This document shows positions 37,960 to 50,314 of a DNA stretch of 64,000 nucleotides, piece by piece. A model generated the notes under the pieces. That model did not search any database. It saw only the letters and a program-made list of their open reading frames with translations, and had not been told where the DNA came from. A program made the position numbers and the translations under genes. Position 1 is the first letter of the stretch. Each line of letters starts with the position of its first letter. Source of the stretch: Leucoraja ocellata (lineage: Eukaryota); contig JAWMAR010000471.1 in the NCBI GenBank assembly GCA_036785375.1, positions 434,001 to 498,000 of the forward strand, written 5' to 3'.

Positions 37960-38270
37960 AGAACAAGGGGTCATAGTTTAAGGATAAGGGGGAAATCTTT
38001 TAGGACCGAGATGAGGAAAACATTTTTCACACAGAGAGTGGTGAATCTCTGGAATACTCTGCCGCAGAAGGTAGTTGAGGCCAGTTCATTGGCTATATTT
38101 AAGAGGGAGTTAGATGTGGCCCTTGTGGCTAAAGGGATCAGGGGGTATGGAGAGAAGGCAGGAACAAGATACTGAGTTGGATGATCAGCCATGATCATAT
38201 TGAATGGCGGTGCAGGCTCGAAGGGCCGAATGGCCTACTCCTGCACCTATTTTCTATGATTCTATGTTTC
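37960..38270 (+). mobile_element. CR1/HER1-like 3' end
   Basis: RTRGHSLRIRGK..FFTQRVVNLW. Confidence 0.88.
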
Positions 38271-39029
38271 TAACTAAATACCATACCGTACCAATTTACA
38301 ATGTTTAACGAAGCCAATTAATCTCCAACCCGGTGGTACACAAAAATGCCGGAGAAACTCAGCGGATGCAGCAGCATCTATGGAGCGAAGGAAATAGGCA
38401 ACGTTACGGGCCGAAACGTTGCCTATTTCCTACGCTCCATAGATGCTGCTGCACCCGCTAAGTTTCTCCAGCATTTTTGTGTACCTTTGCATCTGCAGTT
38501 CCTTCTTAAACAATCTACAACCCTCTACCTTGTGTGTGGGAGGTAAGCAGAGCACCCGGTGAAAACCCCAGCAATCACAGGGATATAGTACATACTCGTG
38601 GTCAGGATCGAACCTGGAGCTCCAAGGCAGCAACTCTACCGCTGCCCTATTGTGCTGCCCCCTTATTCGCCTGGAGGTAAACTGCAACAAACAATCGGGA
38701 AAGTCGGGTTGTTTTCGGATGTGAATAAGTCCGAACAGTTTAGTCTGTTGACCAACACAGCGATATTCAGATTTTTTCAAAAATCTAACCGTCTCATAAT
38801 TCCCTTCGCATCGACCTGGTTATTTATTAATATATCATATTTATTAAATTTATTTTCTGAAAAGCACGGACTCCTGTATTTAAAAAACCCGTCTGCCTGA
38901 AGCACTGAAAGGAAGTACGGCAGCGAAGAAGCAATGTATAGAAGGATATTGTACTGTGTGCTCCACGAATACATTTGGAAGATACGATCAATTGTGACCA
39001 CACAAAAACTGTGATTGACAGTCGTTGGA

Positions 39030-39800
39030 CGCGTGCATGCGCAGCGGTTGAGTTGCTGCTATACACCCGGGTTCTATCCTGGCTATGTACAAGCTGTTGC
39101 ACGACGTTTGTACGTTCTCCGTGACCTGCGTGTGTTTTCTCTGGGAGCTATAGTTTCCTCCCACACCCTAAAGATGTATAGATTTGTAGGTTAATTGCTT
39201 TGGCATGATTGTAAAATTGTCCCTAATATGTGTGGATATCTGCCCCCTGCTGGATCGAAGGGCCTGTATCTCCAAGTTAAAGTATCTCTAAACGCTGTAT
39301 CTCTAAACTAAACTACACTAAACTAAACTAAACTAAATTAAACTAAACATATAACCATATAACCATATAACAATTACAGCACGGAAACAGGCCATCTCGG
39401 CCCTACAAGTCCGTGCCGAACAACTTTTGTTTCCCTTAGTCCTACCTGCCTGCACTCATACCATAACCCTCCATTCCCTTCTCATCCATATGCCTATCCA
39501 ATTTATTTTTAAATGATACCAATGAACCTGCCTCCACCACTTCCACTGCAAGCTCATTCCACACCGCTACCACTCTCTGAGTAAAGAAGTCCCCCCTCAT
39601 ATTACCCCTAAACTTCTGTCCCTTAATTCTGAAGTCATGTCCTCTTGTTTGAATCTTCCCTATTCTCAAAGGGAAAAGCTTGTCCACATCAACTCTGTCT
39701 ATCCCTCTCATCATTTTAAAGACCTCTATCAAGTCCTCCCTTAACCTTCTGCGCTCCAGAGAATAAAGACCTATTATTCAACCTATCTCTGTAACTCTGT
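39030..39800. mobile_element. V-SINE (HE1-like, +, ~39030-39345) tail-to-tail with a CR1 3' fragment (-, ~39345-39800)
   Basis: (AAACT)n tail abutting (AACCATAT)n; CR1 ORF 39442-39732. Confidence 0.75.
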
Positions 39801-40275
39801 AACATGGTTCTCCCTCGATCATAGGAACTGACGCTGTCTGTCGGCGCATTCGAGAGTATCAGTATGAGATCATGATCACGGACAAATCAAATCGATGAAA
39901 TTACCGATTATAAATTCGGTATGGTAACGAATTTCAGATGTCTTTTCTCGGAAATCCCCATTGAAACGACTTACATCGGGTCATTTCCTTCAGCTGTGTG
40001 CGGATGAAAGGCAAGTGTGGATTATAAGGCATGCTCGCCCTCAGTTGGCCCGCCCTGGGCATTTCGCTACACCCATCTCCGCCCTGCAACCGCACGTTCC
40101 GCCTCTCACACAGTATCCAATCGATGTCATCTTATGATGGCCCCGCCCATCTCTCGCCTTTGGTTCTGTCGCTCTGTGAACATGTCGTGCCTTTGTCTTT
40201 GGGAGCCAGCTGCAGCCGGTCACTGGTTGGTCTTGGTTGATTTTACAGAGTGTTGGTTTGGACAGAGTGTTTCAA

Positions 40276-40351
40276 ATGATGAGCAGCTACAGATTTATAC
40301 CTATTATTGTCGGACACCTCCTCCCGCTGTTCATTGCCATGTCACTTCTCA
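40276..40351 (+). CDS. Leader exon of V4 (MMSSYRFIPIIVGHLLPLFIAMSLL)
   Basis: ATG..CTC A|GTAAGA; phase 1. Confidence 0.85.
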
Positions 40352-40486
40352 GTAAGATATTTCTTGCCCGTAAAAAATGCTATCTTGCAATGAATGTCGT
40401 AACCTAATTGTTGACAGTGGAAGGTTAATACCTATGCTGCTTCACGCAAAGACGCTAATTGTGCCATTGTCACTATTTTCTCTTAG

Positions 40487-40790
40487 ATTCGACACATCAA
40501 AATACAGTGGAACAATCCGAAGCAGAAATTACGTTCGAAGAGGGAAGGAATGTCACACTAAGCTGTGCTCTGAAAACCAGTGATACAACGCCTTATGTTT
40601 ACTGGTACAAACAGCGCCCAGCTCACTCTCCACACTACCTGCTTCAGGTTCTGGGAAATATTGTATTAAGGAACCAGGGCGTGACCGATCGCTTCTCTGC
40701 TACGTTCAATAAAACTGCGACGATGACCGAGTTCATGATACGCGACCCCGTGATGTCTGATTCCGCCCTGTACATCTGCGCCATGAGACG
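40487..40790 (+). CDS. TCR alpha/delta V exon V4 (paralogue of V3)
   Basis: Acceptor CTCTTAG; VEQSE..TLSC..VYWYKQ..DSALYICAMR. Confidence 0.94.
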
Positions 40791-40829
40791 CACACTGTTG
40801 CAGAAATGCTGCAGGCTCGAACAAAAACC
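40791..40829 (+). other. 23-RSS of V4
   Basis: CACACTG + 23 nt + ACAAAAACC. Confidence 0.95.
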
Positions 40830-40974
40830 CACCCTCTGTGATCCCCATGAGCGTTCGCCAGCGAGCGCTCTTAAACAAAACGGAGACATTTTGGAGAAAT
40901 AGGAAGGAAAATTGGTTATTTCCTACTAGCCAGTTACAATTCTTCTTAGTAGTTACTCCGCGTATTGTGTACTT

Positions 40975-41236
40975 TCGGTGTCAAAATTGCAACTATTTCC
41001 ATTCTACGGGTCGTCAGTTCTGTGTTGCATATGACAACGCCTGCAAATTCTGCAAGAAGTTAAACCACTTTGCTCGGTGCTGCCGTTCCCGTGTGAATCC
41101 AGCAGCTTCAAGGACGAGCCTGCACCTGCTACAACATTGTTGATAATGACTTCCAAGAACACCACATCGCACCACGCCCAGATCGAAAAAGAATTGTTCG
41201 CAGTGGTTTTCGCCTGCACGAAATTCGATGACTTTA
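40975..41236 (+). mobile_element. Internally deleted Gypsy LTR-retrotransposon remnant
   Basis: Gag zinc knuckle CKFCKKLNHFARCC followed shortly by RNase H-like AQIEKELFAVVFACTKF. Confidence 0.65.
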
Positions 41237-41665
41237 GGTGATTAGTGGGGAAAATGAGGGCACATGGTATTGGGGGTAGAGTGTTGACATAGATAGAGAT
41301 TTGGTCGGCAGACAGGTAACACAAAGTAGGGATTAACGGGTCCCTTTCAAAATGGCAGGCAGTGACTAGTGGGATAGCGCAAGGCTCGGTGCTGGGACCG
41401 CAACTATTTCCAACATACATCAATGATTTGGATGAATGGATTCAAAGTAGCATTAGCAAGTTTGCAGATGACAAGATCGCTGGGTGGCAGTGAGAACTGT
41501 GAGGAGGATGCTATGAGAATGCAGGGTGACTTGGACAGGTTGGGGGAGTGGGCAGATGCATGGCAGATGCGGATAAAGGTGAGGTTATCCACCTTGGCAC
41601 CAAAAACAGGAAGGCAGATTACTATCTAAATGGCGTCAAGTTGGGCAAAGGGGAAGTACAACCAG
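41237..41665 (+). mobile_element. CR1 RT internal fragment
   Basis: QGSVLGP, KFADD, QGDLDRLGEWADAWQM. Confidence 0.8.
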
Positions 41666-42586
41666 ATGTGTTATTAACAGTCCACCTATATTGCTTAGCC
41701 ACTGGTGTTTCTTTTGTTTCTAAAGGAAAGATGTAGATTGGTTATTTCTTACTAGCCATTTATAGTGCTTGTTAGTAGCGACTCCGCCTAGTATGTGCTT
41801 GATATTATCAAGTGCTTGCCTATGCTAGTTGGTATGAGTAATTCCTTGGAACTGTAATGTCCTACAGACCCATGCTGTAAGTAGATGTAATAAACATGTG
41901 TGATATCTTGATATGTGTTCGACTCGGCTCATTATAGACAGGGTACTTATTCGCTTGGAATAAAGTGTGCCAAAAAGCAGGAAGACTGGGATTGTTTTCA
42001 ATATGTGAATTCGTGCGAACGCTGTTGTTCCCAATGTTCAACATCTTGATATTCCGATGTGGAACTATACCTTGTACGACTCGGAAATGATTTGCATTGA
42101 CATGGACTCCGTTGCTGATCTATGTAAATATCTCTACAGTCTCCCACGGACTCTTGTATATTTCGAAACCCGCCTGCATGAAGAGTGGAAGTAAGTACGA
42201 CAGTAAGCAGGGAGATCGTGAGATGGATAATGTATTTTCATCAACACATTGTGCCAGGAATAAAGTTGAAGGACAAGACCAATCGCGATCTCAGGACGGC
42301 AGCAAACGCACTTCATTAGAGTTCTATCTCAATTACACGGCTGACGGCTTCTGCTGACGTCAGCAAGACAATCCAGAAAATAACATCATCAACGGGACCG
42401 CTGGGCACCACGGGGGGTAGAATGTATCCTCAATAAGGATGGGGAAATGGCTATTTAATATTTAGGAATATGTGTTTACTTTGTATTATAGTGGTGGGTT
42501 TATTTGTATTTTTGTATGTGTTTTTGTAAATAGATGATTAAAATTATTTTTGGTTAATAAATAAAGAGACGTCGTTCGCGGGCAAA

Positions 42587-42717
42587 NNNNNNNNNNNNNN
42601 NNNNNNNNNNNNNNNNNNNNNNNNNNNNNNNNNNNNNNNNNNNNNNNNNNNNNNNNNNNNNNNNNNNNNNNNNNNNNNNNNNNNNNNNNNNNNNNNNNNN
42701 NNNNNNNNNNNNNNNNN
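42587..42717. other. Assembly gap
   Basis: Run of N. Confidence 1.
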
Positions 42718-43033
42718 TATACTTTGAAATGTTTCAGAAACTCGTTGCGTCAAAGCCAAATAAAGGTGTTGAGTAAATGCTCCTCTGACCAACAACGCTC
42801 ATATTTGTCAAAACGTAGAAAGTCGAGTTGACGGAATTTTATTTTGCAATTTCCTTCCGCTAAGATATACACTTTTATCTGTTTCCACAAAGTTTCAACA
42901 ATTGCTTCCAATAATGTGACAATAATACTACAAACCCTGAAGCGCAATTGACCCGACCATTTTTAATTGTAATGTAGACTGAAAATATCCTTCCCTTTAT
43001 GAACCCTTCGTACAATTGTATTTGTCTTGACTA

Positions 43034-43941
43034 TTATTTGAACAGTTGTCTAATTATGTTGAAAGGGTATTGGATAGTTGTCTTCAGCTGTTGTCTGAAT
43101 TTAGTCTGAGTCCCCGCATAGATAAATGTGTTGGCGCAGGAACTGAGAAACTGCAACATATATCCGCCTTCTTGAAATATGAACTTCGGGTCATTGGAAT
43201 TAGAGGCGCTGACATAGTTATTCGCTGTGATTTGCACAAATAGAAAATTTGCAACGTCCGTGGCCCAGAGCAGAATAAAACAGCCCGAGATGGCGAAGAG
43301 CAAAATGATGGACTTTCTCCTGCTCTGCATCTCTGGGTCCCTCTGTTTCTCTCCGTTGTTCTGGGCCCGAAGTCTACCGCGAGCTCTGTTGGCGGCCAGG
43401 ATATATCTGACCGTCAGCACATTGAGCATCAAAATCAGTAAGAAAGGAACGCATGGGTTTAACATCCGGTGCGACCATTCATACACTCTCCAAGCGACGG
43501 AAGTATAAAATATTTCTTTTATGCTGCAGAACCAGGGCACTGTATCGATAATGTACATCGGTTCAAATTCAAAATAAAACGGGACGTTTCTCAAACAGGC
43601 GAGGAAGCAAACGGTTCCAATAACAACGGCCGCGGTTTTCTCGGTGCAATACCTCAGTTTCAGTTGTTGGCAGCAGATCGCCACACACCGATCGAAGGTG
43701 AAAGCCACCGTTAACCAAACGGAAGCATCTTTAGCTGCGGAGCTGAGCGCAATGATCAGACTGCAACCCGGCGTGGTGGATAAGATACTAACTGGAAAAT
43801 AAATCGCCCGAAGGCGGCTGAATATCACAGCCGTGACGATGACCAGGAAATCTGTCACCGCCATGAATACCAGGTACCGAGTGATGCATTTCGAGAGGCC
43901 GCACTTTCCCTGGGACAGAATGGCAATCGTCAGGACGTTAG
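43034..43941 (-). CDS. GPR139/142-like GPCR G4, exon 2 (protein 325 aa)
   Basis: Acceptor TTCCTTGCAG; 7TM, TFDRC, FILLW, NTFIY; the ORF-track N-terminus (43942-44038) is intron. Confidence 0.92.
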
Positions 43942-44244
43942 CTGCAAGGAAAAGAGTGGGATTATGTAAATAATATCTATCGGTGATCTCTTCATGACTG
44001 GCTTTTGGGAGCAGACGTGCAATCCCATATCGTTGCAACGAATGCAGAGCGTGAAGCGGTTATTGGTTTGATGGTTACTTGTTTCTGATATCAAATGGCC
44101 ACGCGAAACCGAGCTCTACGGCCTATCGCGTGCACTACGATGGACATAATTGCACAGTCTTATGAATTTCACTGCCTGGTATAATTTACGTGGTATGTAT
44201 ATTTGTGCGTGTTGCCTGTCATGCTGTTGCAAGCACGATTTTTA

Positions 44245-44585
44245 TGGTAACCATATAAACCATATAACAATTACAGCACGGAAACAGGCCATCTCGGCCC
44301 TACAAGTCCGTGCCGAACAACTTATTTTCCCTTAGTCCCACCTGCCTGTACACATACCATAACCCTCCATTCCCTTCTCATCCATATGCCTATCCAATTT
44401 ATTTTTAAATGATACCAATGAACCTGCCTCCACCACTTCCACTGGAAGCTCATTCCACACCGCTACCACTCTCTGAGTAAAGAAGTTCCCCCTCATATTA
44501 TCCCTAAACTTCTGTCCCTTAATGCTGAAGTCATGTCCTCTCGTTTGAATCTTCCCTATTCTCAAAGGGAAAAGCTTGTCCACAT
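44245..44585 (-). mobile_element. CR1 3' fragment in G4 intron
   Basis: VDKLFPLRIGKIQTRGH..; (AACCATAT)n tail. Confidence 0.88.
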
Positions 44586-45044
44586 ATGCTTGGTACATGT
44601 GCCTCGTCACACTTGACTTGTCTATCTTCAAACAGGACAAGGTTAATTAATAACCGAAATGACTCACAGATTAACATGGACAGGACAATTTTAAGCAAGG
44701 CAGGGTAGACATATTGGAACAGGATATGTGGAGTTTTATGGACGAATCTGAAAGCGCCAGTAAAGTATATTTGCAACAAAACTAAGACATAAGGGGAACT
44801 TCGAATCAACTATGAAAATAGGTTATGCCATAAAATAAATTATTGTAATAATGTAAAGACTGGATATAATAAGTAACGCCCTTACCAAAGCTTCCCCGTG
44901 TAAAATTCGAAGTTTTAAGAGCAACGATAAGGGACAAATTGTGGAAAATTGTGGTGTAGAACCGAAGAGTAAGGCGGCCGGAGCGGAACATATCAGCTCA
45001 TCATGGACACGGTTACGTATTTATCAACTTTGGCGAAGCTTTAC

Positions 45045-45114
45045 CTGGAACACCGACGACTGCAAGGATTGTGTAATAAGTGGCGAAGATTGGCCCATTT
45101 CCAGGCGCGTGCAT
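45045..45114 (-). CDS. GPCR G4 exon 1 (MHAPGNGPIFATYYTILAVVGVP)
   Basis: Conserved 70-nt exon, donor GTAAAG. Confidence 0.9.
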
Positions 45115-45639
45115 CTTCCCTGATTTCGATTGCGGAGCTGCATCAGCTAAAATAAACACGAGCACACGAATATTTATGTCTTATATCATCCTCTGGGGAG
45201 CAATTAGATTGCAACATCGTCATTACTTCTTTTGATATTCCGGTTGAAGACGAAACAATCGTGTTTACAGACTTCTTCTTATCGAGTCCACATCACAAGA
45301 TTAGAAAGTGTTCAGCCAGGGCTGCACACGCTTCTCGGCATTTGCACACAATGGTGTCTGTCTTGCGTTTCTTGCGCGTCTTGTACGTGGTGGTGGAAAG
45401 GTTGGTGGAAACAGGGGCGCGACGTGAACGCCCTTTCATTGACTCAATTTTTACGATAATGAATGCAATTAAATACACCTAATTCGACGAGCATTCTAGC
45501 CCCGGGTTGAATGGACGTCGCCGCTCGATGCAATGTAAATAAAATGTAAGGTATATAAGGTATAAATAGTAATTAAGGCGAGTTACACGGAAACGGGACC
45601 GCCGGCCCAACGCATCAATTCCGATCAAGTCACAGTCAG

Positions 45640-47700
45640 ACCGTCATAAAGTGATACAGCGTGGAAACAGGCCCTTCGTCACAACTTGCCCACACAGGCC
45701 ATCACATCCCCAGCTAAACTAGTCCCACTTGCCACCGCTTGGTCCGTATCCCTTCAAACCTGTCCTAGGCATGTACCTGTCCAACTATTTCTTAAACGAC
45801 GGGGTAGTCCAATCCTCAACTGTCTCCTCTGGCAGCGTGTTGCATACATCCAACACCCACTGCTTGAAAAAGTTACCGCTCGGATTCCTACTAAATCTTT
45901 TCCCGTTCACCTTGGTCCAATGTCCTCTAGTCTTCGATTCCCCCAGTCTGGACAAGGGACTCTGCACATCTACCCCATCTATTCATCTCATGATTTTGTA
46001 CACCTCAATACGATCATCCCCATCCTCCTATTCTAAATGGAATAGGGGCCTAGTCTACTCAACCTCTCTCTATAACTAGCACCCTCTCATCTTGGCAAAA
46101 TCCTCGTAAATCCTTTTTGAACCGTTTCAAGCTTGCAAATATCTTTGCTATAACATGGTGCCCAGAACTGAACACAATATTCTAAATGCGGTTTCATCAA
46201 CGTCTTATAGAACTGCAACATGACAGCCCAACTTCCATATTCATTACTCTGACTGATGTAGGCTAAAGTGCCACAATTCTTCTTGCCCACCTTATCAACC
46301 CGCCACTTGACCTTCAAGGAACCATGCACCTGTACTCCTTGATCCCACTGCTCTACCACACTACCCAGAGGCCGACCATTTACTGTGTAGGCCCTGTCCC
46401 TGTTGGACGTCCCAAAACACTTCACACTTCTCTGTATTAAATTCCATCAACCTTTCCTCCGCCCACCTTGCCAATCGATCCAGATCCTGCTACAATACTT
46501 CACAGTCATCTTCACCATCTGCAAAACCACTCACTTTTGTATCATCAGCAAACTTGCTAATATTTCCCTGTATGTTCTCATCCAAATCATTGATGTTGAT
46601 GACAAACAGTAACGGGCCCAGCACCGAACCCTGAGGCACATACTAGTCACAGGCCTCCAGTCTGAGAAGCAATCTTCCATCATCACCCTCTGCTTCTGTC
46701 CATTGAGCCAATTTATTGTCCATTCAGCTAGCTCTCCTTGGATCTAACCTTTCAGAGCAGACTACCATGCGGACCCTTGTCCAATGCTTTACTGAAATTC
46801 ATGTACATAACATCGACAACACTACCCTCGTCGACCTTTTTGGTCACGTCTTCAAAACATCACTCAGATTTGTGAGACACGATCTCCCACGTACAAACCA
46901 TGTTGACTATCCCTACTCAACCCTTGCCCATCCAAATGCTTTTATAACATATCCATCAGAATCCATCTCCCGTAACTTTCCAACAACAGATGTTCAGCTC
47001 ACTGGCCTAGAGTTCGCAGCATTTCCCCTGCAGCCCTTCTTGAAAAGAGCCACAACATTTGCCACCCTCTAGTCTTCCGGCATCTCTCTTGTATTTAAGG
47101 ATGACTCATGAATTTCAACCAGGGCTCCCGCAATTTCCTCTCTAGTTTCCTGCAATTTCCACGGATATATCTGATAAGGCCCTGGAGGGTTGGCTACCTT
47201 CATACACGACAATATATTCAATACTGCTTCCACAGTAACACTGACTGCTCGCTAGACACTCCCATTGACTGGCCCCAAGTACCTCGGCCTATTGTATTTC
47301 TCCTCGGTCAATACAGAGGAGAAATATTCATTGAGGACTTTGTCCATCTCCTGTGGCTCCACACAGAGGTGACCGCTTTGATTTCTGAGAGGTCCCACTC
47401 TCTCTCTCTAGATACCCTTTCCCCCGTATGCGTTTATAAAATATTTTGGGATTGTCCTTAATGCTTAACGTCAGAGCTATTTCCTGGCCCATTTCTGCCC
47501 TTCTGATCTGCTTTTTTCAGTTTACTCCTTAGCTCCTTATGCATCCTCCTTGTTCTTGAACAACGCCTACATTTCCCTCGTCAGCCAAGCTTCCTTACAT
47601 TTCCTGATTTTCCCTTCACACTAACGGGGACGTACAGATCCTTAGCTTTTAAATCCGCACAGATCCGCACACTTTTAAAAACATCCCACTTGGCCGATGT
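45640..47700 (-). mobile_element. Older degenerate CR1 LINE, ~2 kb
   Basis: Fragmented ORF2 pieces such as [12 protein letters not shown] and TRGH..FFKQWV. Confidence 0.8.
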
Positions 47701-48451
47701 TCCTTTCCCTCAAATAACATGCTCCAGTCAACTCCAAGTATTCTTTGTTCAAGTTTTTTTAAAGGCTGAAGTTGCTCTAGTTCGCCCAGTAACACGTGTG
47801 AGCTGGTTCCATGAACCCATAGCCCGCTGTTTGCAAAGGTTGCCCTCCGATGCATTTTACATATTTCCCTTCCCACCGTTATCTCTCACCTCTTGTCTTC
47901 GGCACCCGACTCTTGTACAAATTATATCATCATCCACCTTAACTGAGTTTGGAAATGGCCATCTATTCAAGAGGGATCAGCAATCGGGTAGCAAAGGTGA
48001 CAGCCCAAGGAGGTTGTTCGTAAATATATATAATTAGTTCTCCATAGCCCTGTTTAAATACAAACATACAAAGTTCATTATGAATGAATTAATGCATGAA
48101 TAAGTTTATTGGCCAAGTATTCACATACAAGGAATTTGTCTTGGTGCTCCGCCCGCAAGTGACAACGACATACAGTGACAGTTTGAATGACACACAATAC
48201 ATTAAACATTAATAATAACCCAGATTCAGATTCAGATTCAGATTCAAAGCGACTCCGGAGCTTTGAAAGTCCGGAGTCGCCTTCCAGAGAGAAGTGATCC
48301 GAAGAGGTTGTGGTTGTGGCCAGGGTGAGAGGGGTCAGAAATTATCTTACCCGCTCGCTTCCCTGCCCTTGCAGTGTATAGTTCATCAATGGAGGGACGG
48401 TTGCTGCCAATAGCCTTCTCAGCTGATAGGACGATTCGCTGCGGCCTCCAG

Positions 48452-49438
48452 ATGTATATTAATGATCTGGATGAGGGAATTGAAGGCAATATCTCCAAGT
48501 TTGCGGATGACACTAAGCTGGGGGGCAGTGTTAGGTGTGAGGAGGATGCTAGGAGACTGCAAGGTGACTTGGATAGGCTAGGTGAGTGGGCAAATGTTTG
48601 GCAGATGCAGTTTAATGTGGATAAATGTGAGGTTATCCAATTTGGTGGCAAAAACGGGAAAGCAGATTATTATCTAAACGGTGGCCGATTGGGAAAGGGG
48701 GAGATGCAGCGAGACCTGGGTGTCATGGTACACCAGTCATTGAAGGTAGGCATGCAGGTGCAGCAGGCAGTAAAGAAAGCGAATGGCATGTTGGCTTTCA
48801 TAGCAAGAGGATTTGAGTATAGGAGTAGGGAGGTTCTACTGCAGTTGTATAAGGTCTTGGTGAGACCACACCTGGAGTATTGCGTGCAGTTTTGGTCTCC
48901 AAATCTGAGGAATGACATTATTGCCATAGAGGGAGTGCAGAGAAGGTTCACCAGACTGATTCCTGGGATGTCAGGACTGTCTTATGAAGAAAGACTGGAT
49001 AGACTTGGTTTATACTCTCTAGAATTTAGGAGATTGAGAGGGGATCTTATAGAAACTTACAAAATTCTTAAGGGGTTGGACAGGCTAGATGCAGGAAGAT
49101 TGTTCCCGATGTTGGGGAGGTCCAGGACAAGGGGTCACAGCTTAAGGATAAGGGGGAAATCCTTTAAAACCGAGATGAGGAGAACTTTTTTCACACAGAG
49201 AGTGGTGAATCTCTGGAACTCTCTGCCACAGAGGGTAGTTGAGGCCAGTTCGTTGGCTATATTTAAGAGGGAGTTAGATGTGGCCCTTGTGGCCAAGGGG
49301 ATCAGAGGGTATGGAGAGAAGGCAGGTACGGGATACTGAGTTGGATGATCAGCCATGATCATATTAATTGGCGGTGCAGGCTCGAAGGGCCGAATGGCCT
49401 ACTCCTGCACCTAATTTCTATGTTTCTATGTTTCTATG
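48452..49438 (+). mobile_element. Young CR1/HER1-like LINE, 5'-truncated, open RT C-terminus; flanked by minus-strand Rex1-like fragments (~48060-48450, ~49440-49710)
   Basis: YINDLD..KFADDTKLGG..uninterrupted to the stop; (TTTCTATG)3 tail. Confidence 0.93.
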
Positions 49439-49975
49439 TCGCCCAATCCAGACCATGATGGTTACGGTGAGGACAGACTCTACGATGGCCGTATAGAATT
49501 GGACCATCATTACCGGTGGCAGATTGTGCTTCATCAGTGCCGCAGGAAGTACATACTGTGTTGTGCATTTTTGACCGTGGAGTCGATGGTAGCCCCCCAT
49601 TTAAAGTCCTTGGAGATGATGGTTCACAGGAACTTAAAATACTCCACATATGTGACTGTGCTGTTGTTGATGTTGAGTGGGGTGAGGGGAGAGGGACCTC
49701 TCCAAAAGTCTAAATAGGCCTGAGGTATTTCGAAAGCAGCGCCGCTCTGTTAAATCAACAACTGCGTACAACGTTGCTTTTTACTATTAAGTCGTGGAAT
49801 TTCGTGGTACACATATTAAAGTTAGCTGTTAGTGCAATATTTTGACGGAGTGGAGATATCCTGTGGAGGTAGTGGCGTTTCCGCTTACAGCAAATGGTTT
49901 CCGGCGCCACTGCCTGCGCCACAATAAGCTACATAGCTGAACATCTGCAGCAGATGTGCCTCAGAAACCTGCAGC

Positions 49976-50014
49976 AGTTATTGTACGAGTCTGCACGCCG
50001 TTCCCAACACTGTG
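49976..50014 (-). other. 23-RSS of V5
   Basis: CACAGTG + 23 nt + ACAATAACT. Confidence 0.92.
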
Positions 50015-50314
50015 CGACTGCACAGTAATACATCGCCGTGTCAGACAGCAGTAGCTCCGAAATAGTCATCTGATATGTTTTCGTTGACTGCTGAATTTCG
50101 TCAGAAAACCGCTCACGAGCGAAATCCGCCTTCTCGGCATTCTGTCCGCCAGTGTGTCTCCGGAGCAGAAACTCCGCGTGACCGTCGGGGTACTGGCGGT
50201 ACCAGAACAAGTTGTAACCATCCTTGGCAAAGGTGCATGTTAAAATGGCGTTTTCCCCCTCTGTATGTGTCAGAGAAGTCTTCTCTTGGGTCACGGAATC
50301 AGCATCACCCCGAC
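50015..50314 (-). CDS. TCR alpha/delta V exon V5
   Basis: Acceptor TTGCAG; DSVTQE..LTCT..LFWYRQYP..SDTAMYYCAV. Confidence 0.94.

Noticed and set aside
43942-44038. ORF-track N-terminus of the 334-aa GPCR, and single-exon models of G1-G3
   Set aside because: Intron read-through; the conserved 70-nt exon 1 with matching phase exists for all four genes.
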